A stretch of 64,000 bases of DNA, from NCBI GenBank assembly GCA_047150005.1, contig AP038806.1, positions 3,872,001 through 3,936,000 on the forward strand. Reading direction: 5' to 3'. Below are positions 37,693-50,515 of this stretch, one piece after another; position 1 is the first letter of the stretch, and each line of letters opens with the position of its first letter. The notes beneath the pieces were generated by a model, which searched no databases, was not told the origin of the DNA, and saw only the letters and a program-made list of their open reading frames with translations. A program made the translations under genes and the position numbers. Source of the DNA: Nitrospira sp. (lineage in GTDB: Bacteria; Nitrospirota; Nitrospiria; Nitrospirales; Nitrospiraceae).

Positions 37693-38475
37693 CGCCTTCG
37701 AAGGCTTGATCTCAAACGATTCCAGTTCTTCCGTGATCTCCGTAATCACACCTCGGTCCTGCAACGGAGACAGTTCCTGCCGTTCGACGTACTTGACCAG
37801 TCCCACCCCTTTGACAAACCAGGCGGCCATGACGTCCGTGCCGGACACGGTTTTCTTTGCGCCGGACAATCGAATGGTCATCTGCATTCTGGCTTCGATC
37901 TTCACTGCGTCCGTGAAGGTCCCGGCCGGAACGGTGACCGATTCCTGGCCCACGACGGTCGAGCTGCCCTGCACATCGACCTTTTCGTTGACTCCATCCT
38001 GGTCCATATCGGTCCCGAAATCCAGCTCCTTCTTGTCGAACTGCGAAAATGAAGACGCAATCTTCATGGGAAACCGGACGATCTGATACGGAACCAGTTG
38101 TTTCTCCAACGGCGTTCCTGGCTCAGACCCGTAATAGACGATACCGACCGCGTCTCGACGGTAGAAGCTGTCGGAGACGCCGTGATTGCCGGGATTGGTA
38201 TCGTGAAACATGGTCACCGTGACCCCTTTCAACGATTTCGTTCCCGTCACGGACGACACGTTTTGAAACGACTTGTGTTCGATCGTCTGAACCGGCCCTT
38301 CGGTGATCTGCCCTCGATACTCCCAGTGGCTGCCGATCGTATCCGGAAAATAGTCCTGTGACTGAACGATCGTGCCGAGATCCTCGACCGCAAAGGAAAG
38401 AGAGGCCGATAGGCCGAGCAGCATGGAATAGAATACGGTCACGAATGGATTGGTTCGTCTCTTCGCACGCGGCAT
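37585..38475 (-). CDS. Hypothetical exported beta-rich protein
   Basis: GGAGGA RBS, signal peptide, YFP..G..W.Y, ESVTVPAGTF and WFVKGVGLVK. Confidence 0.75.
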   Translation of the reverse strand: MPRAKRRTNPFVTVFYSMLLGLSASLSFAVEDLGTIVQSQDYFPDTIGSHWEYRGQITEGPVQTIEHKSFQNVSSVTGTKSLKGVTVTMFHDTNPGNHGVSDSFYRRDAVGIVYYGSEPGTPLEKQLVPYQIVRFPMKIASSFSQFDKKELDFGTDMDQDGVNEKVDVQGSSTVVGQESVTVPAGTFTDAVKIEARMQMTIRLSGAKKTVSGTDVMAAWFVKGVGLVKYVERQELSPLQDRGVITEITEELESFEIKPSKASLGRSESPAQGLFADDSHDHKLQQVVLTTGLRPDP

Positions 38476-38608
38476 GCGCGATTCCTCCATAATCACCGGT
38501 CTGTGACCGTATCATAGGCTCGCGTGACGCGGCAAGCCGACCCTGTTTCCCTTCTGCTTGCCTTGGCTGCCGATCCAAATCATAATCCGGCCCATGCGCG
38601 ATGCACGA

Positions 38609-40762
<2,154 letters not shown>

Positions 40763-40795
40763 AGCCGTATTGTCATTGTACCTCGAAAACTCCAG

Positions 40796-40919
40796 CAGGT
40801 TATTCAAAAAGTTCGTCCAGCGAGGCCGCAGTGAACGAGGGCCCGAGGCGTACTCTGTTTGGTACGTCGAGGGTCCGAGTGATATGAGAACGAAGCTGGA
40901 GGACTTTTTCAACAACCTG
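40796..40919. mobile_element. MITE-like element with imperfect terminal inverted repeats
   Basis: Left end CAGGTTATTCAAAAAGTTCGTCCAGC; right end (reverse complement) CAGGTTGTTGAAAAAGTCCTCCAGC; internal CGTAC..GTACG hairpin. Confidence 0.7.
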
Positions 40920-42260
40920 TTAACCGGCGAGGAAGCGGTCCAGGAACGTCGTGGAGACATGCCCCTTTTGGAAGTCAGGATCGTTGAGGATGCGTTTGTG
41001 GAGCGGGATCGTCGTCTTGATGCCTTCGATCACGAATTCATCGAGCGCACGACGCATGCGGGCGATGGCCTCCTGCCGATCGCGTCCGTGGGTGATCACC
41101 TTGGCAATCATGGAGTCGTAATGCGGCACGACCATGGCGTTGGATTCCATCGCCGAATCAACTCGCACCCCAAACCCGCCAGGGGCGCTGTATCTCGTGA
41201 TCAGGCCTGGCGACGGAGTGAACTTTTCAGGGTCCTCGGCGTTGATCCGGCATTCGAGGCTATGGCCGTTCAGCTTGATGTCCTGCTGCTTGAAGGACAG
41301 CGCTTGTCCATCGGCCAGACGAATCTGTTCCTTGATCAGATCGATCCCCGTAACCATTTCCGTGATGGGGTGTTCGACTTGAATTCTGGTATTCACTTCC
41401 ATGAAGAAGAAATTTTGATCCTTGTCCAGGAGAAACTCCACGGTGCCGACGTTGCGATAGTGGACCGCCTTCACCGCTTCCACCGCGGTCCGCCCGATTT
41501 CCCGACGGAGCTTTTCGTCGACGGCCGGGGACGGCGTTTCTTCCACCAGCTTCTGGTGCCGCCGTTGGATCGAGCAGTCCCGCTCTCCGAGATGCACCAC
41601 GTGACCGCGATGGTCGGCGACAATCTGAACCTCGATGTGGCGCGGCTCCAGAAAGTATCGTTCGAGATAGACGCTGTCGTTGCCAAAAGTGGACTTGGCC
41701 TCGGCCTGCGCCGCCTGAAACGCGCGACCGAGATCATCCGCCTTATTGACGACGCGCATGCCGCGGCCGCCTCCGCCGGCCGCCGCCTTGATGATGACGG
41801 GATAGCCGATCTTTTGAGCCGCCTCCAAGGCTTCCTGCTCGCTCTTCAGACCGCCCGGGCTTCCCGGCGTCACGGGTAGACCGCGCTTGGCGACAATCTC
41901 ACGAGCCTTGGCCTTATCCCCCATGAGGGCGATATTTTCGGAGGTGGGCCCGATGAATTTCACCCCGATCGATTCGCAGACTTCGGCGAAGTGGGCGTTT
42001 TCGGAGAGGAAGCCGTACCCCGGGTGGATCGCGTCCGCGCCGGTAATCTCGGCGGCGCTCAGTACGTTGGGAATATTGCGATAACTGAGGGCCGCTTCCG
42101 CGGGGCCGACGCAGACCCGTTCATCCGCCGCTCGGACGTGCACCCCGTTGGCATCGGCCTCGGAGTGGATCGCCACCGTCTTGATTCCGAGCTCTTTGCA
42201 GGCCCGGATGACGCGAAGCGCGATTTCCCCTCGATTGGCGACGAGAACTTTCTTGAACAA
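40920..42260 (-). CDS. accC: Biotin carboxylase
   Basis: [35 protein letters not shown] and [10 protein letters not shown]. Confidence 0.98.
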   Translation of the reverse strand: MFKKVLVANRGEIALRVIRACKELGIKTVAIHSEADANGVHVRAADERVCVGPAEAALSYRNIPNVLSAAEITGADAIHPGYGFLSENAHFAEVCESIGVKFIGPTSENIALMGDKAKAREIVAKRGLPVTPGSPGGLKSEQEALEAAQKIGYPVIIKAAAGGGGRGMRVVNKADDLGRAFQAAQAEAKSTFGNDSVYLERYFLEPRHIEVQIVADHRGHVVHLGERDCSIQRRHQKLVEETPSPAVDEKLRREIGRTAVEAVKAVHYRNVGTVEFLLDKDQNFFFMEVNTRIQVEHPITEMVTGIDLIKEQIRLADGQALSFKQQDIKLNGHSLECRINAEDPEKFTPSPGLITRYSAPGGFGVRVDSAMESNAMVVPHYDSMIAKVITHGRDRQEAIARMRRALDEFVIEGIKTTIPLHKRILNDPDFQKGHVSTTFLDRFLAG

Positions 42261-42318
42261 GCCGTGGCTCCGGTACGATGAGGTGATCAGTCTGTCATGC
42301 AGAACGTGTCACGGACTG

Positions 42319-42891
42319 TTAGGCCGTGGCCTTGGGATCAATACGAAAAAGGGCTTGTCCGTACTCGACCGGTTTGGTGCTTTCGGCGAGGATTTTGACC
42401 ACCTGACCGTCGACTTCGGACTCGATTTCGTTCATCAACTTCATCGCCTCGACGATACACAACACTTGTCCCTTCTTGACGAAATCACCTTCCTCGACAT
42501 AGGGGTCGGCGTCCGGAGACGGCGACCGATAGAACGTACCGACGATGGGAGATGTGATCGTGACCAACCCCGCCGTGTCCTCGGTCGCGCCACTGGGCGA
42601 GACCGCCGGTTGGGATGCGCCGCCCGCGCCGACCGGAGCGATATCGGTCACGGCCGCGGTGATGGTCTTGACTCCAACCTCATGCCGAATCCTGATGCGC
42701 ACCCCTTCCCGCTCCAATTCCAATTCGGTCAGGTTGTTCCGTTTGAGCAGGTCAACCAACTCCTGGATGTGCTTGGACTGGCTTCCCGTCAGGAATGGCC
42801 GGCCCGCGTCTCCTGACCCCGCCGCCAGGGCCTGGGGCAGGACGATGGGAGTCTCACGTTTCTTAGAGCGACGAGGCTTGCCCCGGCTCAC
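42319..42891 (-). CDS. accB: Biotin carboxyl carrier protein
   Basis: [13 protein letters not shown] and EAMKLMNEI. Confidence 0.96.
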   Translation of the reverse strand: MSRGKPRRSKKRETPIVLPQALAAGSGDAGRPFLTGSQSKHIQELVDLLKRNNLTELELEREGVRIRIRHEVGVKTITAAVTDIAPVGAGGASQPAVSPSGATEDTAGLVTITSPIVGTFYRSPSPDADPYVEEGDFVKKGQVLCIVEAMKLMNEIESEVDGQVVKILAESTKPVEYGQALFRIDPKATA

Positions 42892-43448
42892 CGGACGCGC
42901 TCCACATAGGCTCTTGTGCGAGTGTCGATCTTAATCACGGTGCCCACCTCCAGATAGAGTGGAACCTTGATCGTCGCGCCGGTTTCGACGATAGCCGGCT
43001 TCGTGCCGCCGGATGCCGTATCTCCCCGCACACCCGGTTCCGCATCCACCACCTTGAGCTCGATAAAAATCGGCAGCTCGACGTCGATCGGGCGATGTTC
43101 GTAAATCAGGATCTTGGCGACCATGTTCTCTTTGAGGAGATCCGCGTTGTCCCCGAGTTGCTTCTTGGCGAAGGTCAGTTGCTCGTAGCTCTCCGTATCC
43201 ATGAACGTGTAGTCGTCGCCCGTGGCATAGAGAAACTGCATTTCCCGTTCTTCAAGGTCCGGTTCCTCGAACCGCTCGCCGGACCGGAAGGTCCGATCGA
43301 GTACGTTGCCGGAGATGTAACTCTTGAGCTTGGTACGGACAAACGCACCGCCTTTTCCCGGTTTCACATGCTGAAACTCGACGATATAAAACGGCTCCCC
43401 GTCGATCAAAAGCCGTACGCCGCCTCGAAAATCAGTGGTCGAAATCAC
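42888..43448 (-). CDS. efp: Elongation factor P
   Basis: [17 protein letters not shown] and PGVRGDT. Confidence 0.98.
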   Translation of the reverse strand: MISTTDFRGGVRLLIDGEPFYIVEFQHVKPGKGGAFVRTKLKSYISGNVLDRTFRSGERFEEPDLEEREMQFLYATGDDYTFMDTESYEQLTFAKKQLGDNADLLKENMVAKILIYEHRPIDVELPIFIELKVVDAEPGVRGDTASGGTKPAIVETGATIKVPLYLEVGTVIKIDTRTRAYVERVR

Positions 43449-43500
43449 TCGATGCTCCCTTCACATTGATTGGATCGTGGTTGGTCAAATCGTGAACACG

Positions 43501-44001
43501 TTAGCGTCGACCCGTCCGCCGCGGAGACGTTGCCGTCTTGGATGAGGGTTCTTTCTTCAGACGGCGGGCCGTGAGATGGCCGTGCAGCCCGCGAAGCGCC
43601 AACAGATAGCCGGCCGGCCCCAGTCCTGAAATCTGCCCAAGTGCCACTCCGGCGACATAGGACCGATGGCGAAAATCTTCCCGCTGATGAATGTTGGACA
43701 CATGGACCTCGATCGTCGGCAAATTCACGGCTACCAAGGCGTCTCGAATGGCCACGCTGGTGTGCGTGTAGGCGGCGGGATTAATGATCACCCCGTGATA
43801 TCCACTTCGAGCCTCCTGAATCCACGTCACCAACTCCCCTTCGTGATTGGACTGTCGAATATCGACTTCGACGGCAAGTTCCTCCGCCAGCTTGGCGATA
43901 TCGGCATCAATGGCATCGAGGGGTGCGGAACCATAAACGTCCTGCTCCCTGGTGCCCAGAAGGTTGAGATTCGGACCGTGCAATACGAGTATCCGTAGCA
44001 T
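43501..44001 (-). CDS. aroQ: Type II 3-dehydroquinate dehydratase
   Basis: [28 protein letters not shown] and EVHVSN. Confidence 0.97.
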   Translation of the reverse strand: MLRILVLHGPNLNLLGTREQDVYGSAPLDAIDADIAKLAEELAVEVDIRQSNHEGELVTWIQEARSGYHGVIINPAAYTHTSVAIRDALVAVNLPTIEVHVSNIHQREDFRHRSYVAGVALGQISGLGPAGYLLALRGLHGHLTARRLKKEPSSKTATSPRRTGRR

Positions 44002-44065
44002 GAACAACTCTGTGATCGGATGCAACGCTCGACAGGCTACCTTCTCGGGCGACCGGCAGGGCGGC

Positions 44066-44094
44066 ATTGTAACAGGCCGTCCGGTGTGGGTCAA
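44066..44094 (-). promoter_or_regulatory. Sigma-70 promoter upstream of aroQ-efp-accBC
   Basis: TTGACC-N17-TACAAT. Confidence 0.6.
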
Positions 44095-44105
44095 ACCTCT
44101 GAATT

Positions 44106-44906
44106 CTATCGGGAACTTGGAGAACCGGACCGTCCTGATCCGTTGCGGTCACAGCGCGCTCGCTCGATGGAGCGGAGCCAGGCCTCCAGTTGCGCGATGG
44201 TCTCGGCATGGGGAGAGGGGGCAGGAACGGAGGCAACAGCACTCAGTGAGGACTTGACGGGCGCAGTCCGATCTTGCGCAACTTGATCGTCCGGAGCGAT
44301 CGGCGTGTGGTCTGCGACCTCATGCTTCGTCGTCGCATCAACCGCCACATCCTGCGATGGGGTTCCTAGACCGCCGGTTTTTTCACGATCGACTTTGTCC
44401 GACACCGTAGGAGCTGCGACGTCCGTGCGGTCGACGCGGCCGACCGGGCGTATCTGTAGCGGTCTTCCGGTTTCCGAAACGGTAGGTTTCCCCAGTTTTT
44501 CCCTGATAGACCGTGCTTCCTCATCGCGAGGATTCAACGCCAGGATCACCTCGCAACTTCTCAACGCCTCATCCGACGAGCCCTGAGCAACATAAATCTT
44601 GATGAGGGTTCGGTGAGCACGAAGATTCTCGGGGCTCAACTTGACCGCTTCTTCAAGGAGGACCTTGGCCTTCGTCGTCTGCCCAAGTTGATCATAGGCG
44701 CGACCAAGCACCACCATCGCGGTGATGAATCCCGGATAAAACTTCAGTCCATCCTCCAGCACACCGGCTGCTTCCTGCCACATGCCGGCCTTACAGTACT
44801 CTTCCGCCAACGGCAGGAACACTTTGGATTGAGGATCTTTGGCCAACTGCAGGGCCATCCGATCTATTTCCATGGCACTGGCCGAGAGCTTCTGATTCGG
44901 GGGCAT
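44106..44906 (-). CDS. TPR protein
   Basis: N-terminal TPR motifs, low-complexity linker and C-terminal amphipathic helix [12 protein letters not shown]. Confidence 0.85.
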   Translation of the reverse strand: MPPNQKLSASAMEIDRMALQLAKDPQSKVFLPLAEEYCKAGMWQEAAGVLEDGLKFYPGFITAMVVLGRAYDQLGQTTKAKVLLEEAVKLSPENLRAHRTLIKIYVAQGSSDEALRSCEVILALNPRDEEARSIREKLGKPTVSETGRPLQIRPVGRVDRTDVAAPTVSDKVDREKTGGLGTPSQDVAVDATTKHEVADHTPIAPDDQVAQDRTAPVKSSLSAVASVPAPSPHAETIAQLEAWLRSIERARCDRNGSGRSGSPSSR

Positions 44907-44909
44907 CGA

Positions 44910-46157
44910 CTAGTCCTCCTCAACCACGGGCTTGCGAGCGGCCGTTCGCAACAACCGCAGAGCGGCATCGAGGATGTCGTCGGCAAGCCGGCGCTTGGAT
45001 CGCAGCGCGAACTCACTGACGGTCCCGTCGCGATCGATCAGTGTCGCGGCGTTCTGATCGCTACCAAAACCAGCTCCGGGAGTCGTCACGTCGTTCGCCA
45101 CGATCAGATCGACGCCTTTGGTTTCTAGTTTCTGTTTGGCATGCCGGAGTAGATCCGCCGTTTCAGCGGCAAAGCCGACCAAGAGCTGCCCTGTGCGCCG
45201 GGTGGAAAGCCCCGCGAGAATATCGCCGGTTGGCTCGAGGTCCAACACGGGATTCTCGAATTGATGCTTCTTCCATTTTTGAGCGGCCGGATGCTTTGGT
45301 CGAAAGTCGGCAACCGCCGCGGACATGATGACGACCGTCGCCCAGGACAATCGCACGGTCAAGGCCTTGGACATCTCCTCCGCCGTTTCAACCGATACGA
45401 TCTCGACTCCAGGCGGTGGAGAAAGAGCTGTGGGACCGGTGACAAGGACGACGGAGGCTCCTCTGACTTGCGCGGCTTCCGCCAGTGCGTAGCCCATTTT
45501 CCCCGAGCTTCGATTGGAAATATATCGGACCGGATCGATCGGTTCTTGCGTAGGCCCGGCGGAAACGAGCACCCGTTGGCCGGTCCAGTCGCGCCGAGGC
45601 AGCAACGCGGCTGCAATCGCGTCGAGTATCCTGGCTTCCTCAGCCAACCGTCCCTGCCCCACGCGACCCGAGGCAAGGGGACCTTCCTCCGGATCCAACA
45701 CCGTCACACCTCGCCGGCGCAGGATCTGAACGTGTTCGACGACCGTGGGGTGCGTCCACATGCCCCCATCCATCGCCGGCGCGACGATCACGGGACAAGA
45801 GGTCGCAAGCAACATCGTCGTCAAGACATCGTCGGCCAGCCCCAGCGCCGCCTTCGCGAGAAAGTTGGCCGTCGCGGGAGCCACCACCATGACGTCGGCC
45901 CTCTCGGGCAACGTCAGATGCTTCATTTCTTGATGGGCCTCGAAGAGATCCTCCGCAACAGGATGGCCCGAGAGAACCTCAAAGGTCAGGGGTGTGACGA
46001 ACTTCGCAGCCGCCTGCGTCATCGCGACGTCCACCTGGGCCCCTTCGCGCACCAGAGCGCGCAGAAGACTGACCGCTTTGTAGGAAGCGATGCTCCCCGT
46101 AACCCCAAGGATCACGTGTTTGCCTGCGAGTGTGGGTCCGATCGGGCTCGAAACCAT
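44910..46157 (-). CDS. coaBC: Phosphopantothenoylcysteine decarboxylase/ligase
   Basis: GVTGSIASYK, APATAN, PAM, IDPVRYISNRSSGKMG, AAVADF and VGFAAET. Confidence 0.97.
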   Translation of the reverse strand: MVSSPIGPTLAGKHVILGVTGSIASYKAVSLLRALVREGAQVDVAMTQAAAKFVTPLTFEVLSGHPVAEDLFEAHQEMKHLTLPERADVMVVAPATANFLAKAALGLADDVLTTMLLATSCPVIVAPAMDGGMWTHPTVVEHVQILRRRGVTVLDPEEGPLASGRVGQGRLAEEARILDAIAAALLPRRDWTGQRVLVSAGPTQEPIDPVRYISNRSSGKMGYALAEAAQVRGASVVLVTGPTALSPPPGVEIVSVETAEEMSKALTVRLSWATVVIMSAAVADFRPKHPAAQKWKKHQFENPVLDLEPTGDILAGLSTRRTGQLLVGFAAETADLLRHAKQKLETKGVDLIVANDVTTPGAGFGSDQNAATLIDRDGTVSEFALRSKRRLADDILDAALRLLRTAARKPVVEED

Positions 46158-46159
46158 GG

Positions 46160-46519
46160 TTACTCCTCGGCTTCCGGCTCCGGAGCCTTTGGCGTGTCAT
46201 CGACGTACACGCTCAGTTCCTTCTTGATCTCACGCGCATCCTCGCCGGTCATCATGGCCATGCGCTCGCTCTCGCCCTCTTTCCCGCGCTTGGCTTCCTT
46301 CATCGCATCACGTGCCTCTTTGCCCATGAGGTATTTGGCTTCGCCGCGCAGCACCTCATCGAGCGCCACGGTCGTTTCCTTGGTAAAGCGGGAGGCGCCG
46401 AATGGGCGTGAGCCTTGGAGGATGTGCTTGGCCCGTTGGGCCGCGACGATCACCAATCGGTGACGGGAATCAAACTGGTCCGGCGTATACTGCGGCAACA
46501 AATTCAGCATGTCGATCAT
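46160..46519 (-). CDS. rpoZ: RNA polymerase omega subunit
   Basis: SRHRLVIVAAQRAK...KETTVALDE; canonical gmk-rpoZ-coaBC position. Confidence 0.9.
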   Translation of the reverse strand: MIDMLNLLPQYTPDQFDSRHRLVIVAAQRAKHILQGSRPFGASRFTKETTVALDEVLRGEAKYLMGKEARDAMKEAKRGKEGESERMAMMTGEDAREIKKELSVYVDDTPKAPEPEAEE

Positions 46520-46539
46520 GTGAAGGAACCCCTTTCTGG

Positions 46540-47247
46540 TTAAGGATGATCTGTTCGATCTCCGGATTTTGACTCGTCGGTAAGGAGAAAATTGGCCTCA
46601 ATCCATGCCGTATCCATTCGTGTCGTCTTCGATCGTTCGGCAAGGAAGATATGCTCAAGGTCGCGAAGAGAACGCGCCAGATCATCGTTCCGAACGATGT
46701 ACGCGTATTCCCGATAGCTCCAAACCTCTTCCTTGACCTTCTGCAAACGGCGCTGGATCTCTTCAGGGGAGTCCGAGGCTCTGGTTTGCAACCGTGTGCG
46801 CAACGCGGTCATTGAGGGAGGGAGGATAAATATCGAAACGGCGTCGGCAAACTTCTTCTTCACCTGCAACGCTCCCTGAACGTCGATCTCCAGCAACACG
46901 TCGATTCCTTGGTCGAGTTTGTCGGTCAGAGATTTTCTCGGCGTCCCGTAGAGATGGCCATACACGCGCGCCCATTCGACGAATTCATGGCGGCCGATCA
47001 TCTCCTGGAACTTCACCTCTTCAATGAAGAAATACTCCCGGCCAGGCTCTTCGCCCGACCGTGGCGTTCTGGTCGTGCAGGAAATGGAATGCCAGAGGCC
47101 GGGGATGCTCGCGACCAATTGTTTGCACAGCGTCGTTTTTCCCGTCCCGGACGGCGCGGAAATGATGAATAGGATGCCGTGCCGTCGGATGGACGAACGG
47201 ACCGGTCCGGACGGCAATGGGGCAGCATTTTCAGTCGTGACGCTCAT
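46540..47247 (-). CDS. gmk: Guanylate kinase
   Basis: SAPSGTGKTT, TTRTPR.GE..GREY, YGT and EIDVQGA. Confidence 0.97.
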   Translation of the reverse strand: MSVTTENAAPLPSGPVRSSIRRHGILFIISAPSGTGKTTLCKQLVASIPGLWHSISCTTRTPRSGEEPGREYFFIEEVKFQEMIGRHEFVEWARVYGHLYGTPRKSLTDKLDQGIDVLLEIDVQGALQVKKKFADAVSIFILPPSMTALRTRLQTRASDSPEEIQRRLQKVKEEVWSYREYAYIVRNDDLARSLRDLEHIFLAERSKTTRMDTAWIEANFLLTDESKSGDRTDHP

Positions 47248-48122
47248 TCGACGTTCTGGACTTGTTCCCGAATTCGTTCCAGCTCGGCCTTCATATGAAC
47301 CACATGGCCAGCGATCTCGGCATCGTTGGCCTTGGAACCGATCGTATTGATTTCACGCCCCATCTCCTGGAGCAGAAAATCGAGGGTTTTACCTATAGAT
47401 TCCGATCGGTTAAGTGTTTGCTCAAACTGTACCATATGCGAGTCCAGTCTGACTATTTCTTCCGCAATGTCGCCACGATCCGCATACACGGCCAGCTCCT
47501 GCAGCAGACGGGATCCGTCGGACGGCTCGCCTCCCATCAATTTTTCAACCCGACTCCTCATTCGATCGAATTCAGCCTGTACCACCTGAGGGGCCATCGC
47601 CCCGACGATCATCTTGCGCTCGCGGATCGCATGAAGCCGCGCGAGCATGTCTTTCGCCAGCGCCTCCCCTTCCCGCTTTCTCATCGCGACCAGAGCTTCA
47701 AGCGCCTGGACGGCCAGCCGGTGAGCCAGTTTCGACAGCTTTCGGTCCTCTGCCGGTTGATCGGTAACGGACACCACGTCGCGCTGTCCCGCAATCAGGC
47801 CGACATCGATGGAGCCGCCGAGCTTGAGGGTTTTTTTCAGGGTACGAAGCGCCTGATGGTACTGCTTCGCCAGGACCTGGTCAACACTCACCGTTTGTAA
47901 CCGTCCCTTCCCGCTCTGGACGGTGATGGTGAGATCGATGCGGCCTCGGGCACAAACCTGCTGCGTCGCTTTCTTGATGGCGTCTTCCAGGTGATTCAGC
48001 GCGCGCGGCAGGCGGCAGGCCATCTCAAGAAAACGATGATTGACGGAGCGCACCTCGACCGTGACGGAGCCGTCCAGCCAAGGCGCCTGCTGCCGGCCGA
48101 ATCCTGTCATGCTTCGAATCAT
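47244..48122 (-). CDS. YicC/YloC family endoribonuclease
   Basis: MIRSMTGFG, RSVNHRFLE, EEIVRLDSH and LDFLLQEMGREINTIGSK...REQVQNVE. Confidence 0.95.
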   Translation of the reverse strand: MIRSMTGFGRQQAPWLDGSVTVEVRSVNHRFLEMACRLPRALNHLEDAIKKATQQVCARGRIDLTITVQSGKGRLQTVSVDQVLAKQYHQALRTLKKTLKLGGSIDVGLIAGQRDVVSVTDQPAEDRKLSKLAHRLAVQALEALVAMRKREGEALAKDMLARLHAIRERKMIVGAMAPQVVQAEFDRMRSRVEKLMGGEPSDGSRLLQELAVYADRGDIAEEIVRLDSHMVQFEQTLNRSESIGKTLDFLLQEMGREINTIGSKANDAEIAGHVVHMKAELERIREQVQNVE

Positions 48123-48781
48123 GCCGGTCCTTTCTGTTTCCACGTACAGTGTATGTAGATCGGACAACGTTGGCACTGCGGACGTCGGGCAGTGCAGGTG
48201 TACCGTCCGTGCAGCAGCAAGCGTTGCGAGACGGCCGTCCAGCGCGCGGCGGGAAGCAATTGCTGGAGATCTTCTTCGATGTGAGTCGGATCATCGGAAG
48301 TCGTGAAACCGAGGCGGTTGGCCACTCGTCTCACGTGAGTATCGACGACGATGGCCGGTTTGCCGAAGGCGTTACCCAGCAGCACGTTGGCGGTCTTTCT
48401 TCCGACTCCCGGCAGCCCGATCAACTCCTCCATAGTCGCCGGAACGTCCCCGTGAAACCGCTCCTCCACGGCACGACCGCAGGCGATGATGTTTTTGGCT
48501 TTGCTTTTGAAAAATCCGGTCGAACGGATCAATTCCTCGACATCTCCCTGCGCGGCCCGGCCCAATTCAGCCGGCGTGTGATACCGTCGAAACAGCGCGG
48601 GCGTGACCCGGTTGACCCGCTCGTCCGTACATTGCGCAGACAGGATGGTGGCGACAAGGAGTTCCCACGGCGTGCGGTGGTCAAGTTCCATCTTGGCCGT
48701 CGGCATGGCACGCACCAACGCGTCGGCTATCTTGCCGAGGCGTTCTCGACGTACCGTATGCTGGGGCGGCTTGGGGATCAT
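48119..48781 (-). CDS. nth: Endonuclease III
   Basis: LSAQCTD, LPGVGRKTANV, VDTHV and the C-terminal C-x6-C-x2-C-x5-C. Confidence 0.97.
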   Translation of the reverse strand: MIPKPPQHTVRRERLGKIADALVRAMPTAKMELDHRTPWELLVATILSAQCTDERVNRVTPALFRRYHTPAELGRAAQGDVEELIRSTGFFKSKAKNIIACGRAVEERFHGDVPATMEELIGLPGVGRKTANVLLGNAFGKPAIVVDTHVRRVANRLGFTTSDDPTHIEEDLQQLLPAARWTAVSQRLLLHGRYTCTARRPQCQRCPIYIHCTWKQKGPA

Positions 48782-48814
48782 ACCGGTAAAGACGGTGGTC
48801 CGATTCTGCAGCGC

Positions 48815-50500
48815 TCAACTGCCGGATGCAACCACGAGACCATCAGGCCTCTTGACGGAAGGCAATGCCGCATCCGGCAAGACTAGCGTCAGCTGCTCTT
48901 CCAGATGACGTAGCAATGGATGCAGGGTTTCCGGATGAATCGCAGAAATCCCGACGGCGCCGTAGCGGCGGCATAGCAGCGCCGCCTCGGCTGGCGGCAG
49001 CCGGTCGCACTTATTGAAGACGAGCGTGCGTGGAATCGCGTCGAGGTTCAAGTCTCTGAGAATCGTCACCACCGCGGAAATCTGAACGTCGATGTCCGCC
49101 GCGCCGGCATCGACGACGTGCACCAAGATATCCGCTTCGCGCAATTCTTCCAGCGTCGTACGGAAGGCTCCAAGCAGCTCCTGCGGGAGATCCCGTATGA
49201 ATCCCACCGTATCGGTGACAATGACCTGCCGGTCCCTGGGAAATCGCAGGCGACGGCTAGTCGTATCAAGGGTTTCGAACAGCCGGTCTTCAGCGGACAC
49301 ATGGCTTTGGGAGAGCACGTTCAGCAGCGTCGATTTTCCGGCGTTCGTATATCCGACCAAGGAAAGAACCGGCATCCCGTGCCGATTCCGGCGGGCGCGA
49401 CGCTGGTCTTGGTGCCTGGCGAACTGGCGGAGATCATGCTCCAAATGCGCAATGCGCTCTCTGATTTTTCGACGATCCGTCTCCAATTTGGCTTCGCCAG
49501 GCCCTCTGGTACCGATGCCACCGCCCAGCCGGGAGAGGTCAGCTCCTTTTCCCGACAGCCTCGGCAGAAGATAGCGAAGCTGAGCCAGCTCGACCTGCAC
49601 CTTACCCTCCCGGCTGTGGGCGCGTTTGGCGAAAATGTCCAGAATCAACTGGGTACGATCAATCACTTTGATATCGGTAACTTCGGAAATGGCACGCGAT
49701 TGGGCCGGGGACAGTGTCTGATCAAAAATCACCATATCGGCGCCTCGATGAAGCGTCTGGATCAGCACGTCTTTCAGCTTTCCGCTCCCGAGCAGATAGC
49801 GTTGGTGCCCTCCCGTCGTTCGCTGGGCCAGTCGATCGATGACGGAAATCTCTGCCGAAGCCGCGAGCTCCGCGAGCTCTCCCAGACGGTCGTCCTGTTC
49901 CGCCCGGCTCCTGGAAGAGGCGCTGACCAACAATGCCGACGCCATCCCTTCTTTGGTCGTGTGGCCTCGCACTCTCTGCAACTCCGCTTCAAGCTCCTCG
50001 ATGAATGCATCAAACACCACGGGAGACTGATGAAACGCCGTCGCCTTGAGGATATTGAACAGTTGGCCGGTTCCGTTGGGAGGCAGAAGATGCGCGAGAT
50101 ACAGATTGCCTGGCAACCCGTCGAAAGTCGCCGTGAGCACCCCGATCAAATCCAGACGCAAATAAGCCAGGTCCGTCAGCAGCTCTTGATTGAGCGGCTG
50201 ATCGTGCAACTGCGTTCTGATCACCCGAAGTCCGCGCAAGGATTGAACACCAGTCCTGAACCGCGCCAAGGTCGCGGGGGACAGAGTCAACTCGGTTCCC
50301 ACGATGATCTCCTGTACCTGCCCTCTTCTGGTCAACACCACCGCGAGCGGACGGCGAATGTCGAGAGTCAACTGGCACATCGTTTTCGCGAGCTCCGGCG
50401 AGAGTACCTTATCCGGAGGCACGCGGCGTCGATACAACCGTTCAATGGCGCCCAGCTGGCCCGCTTTCAACCCCGTAACGTGACCGAATACCTCTGAAAT
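48815..50500 (-). CDS. hflX: GTPase HflX, long form (probable ATT start at 50500; first canonical start TTG 50470)
   Basis: DRTQLILDIFA, GGGIGTRGPGE, GYTNAGKST, DTVGFI and NKCD; GGGGAGGT lies 6 nt before the in-frame ATT. Confidence 0.93.
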   Translation of the reverse strand: MSEVFGHVTGLKAGQLGAIERLYRRRVPPDKVLSPELAKTMCQLTLDIRRPLAVVLTRRGQVQEIIVGTELTLSPATLARFRTGVQSLRGLRVIRTQLHDQPLNQELLTDLAYLRLDLIGVLTATFDGLPGNLYLAHLLPPNGTGQLFNILKATAFHQSPVVFDAFIEELEAELQRVRGHTTKEGMASALLVSASSRSRAEQDDRLGELAELAASAEISVIDRLAQRTTGGHQRYLLGSGKLKDVLIQTLHRGADMVIFDQTLSPAQSRAISEVTDIKVIDRTQLILDIFAKRAHSREGKVQVELAQLRYLLPRLSGKGADLSRLGGGIGTRGPGEAKLETDRRKIRERIAHLEHDLRQFARHQDQRRARRNRHGMPVLSLVGYTNAGKSTLLNVLSQSHVSAEDRLFETLDTTSRRLRFPRDRQVIVTDTVGFIRDLPQELLGAFRTTLEELREADILVHVVDAGAADIDVQISAVVTILRDLNLDAIPRTLVFNKCDRLPPAEAALLCRRYGAVGISAIHPETLHPLLRHLEEQLTLVLPDAALPSVKRPDGLVVASGS

Positions 50501-50515
50501 GGGACGACCTCCCCG

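Noticed and set aside
40763..40960. TPP riboswitch or long N-terminal extension of thiE
   Set aside because: No TPP aptamer signature. The region is the MITE-like inverted-repeat element, which happens to be stop-free in that frame.
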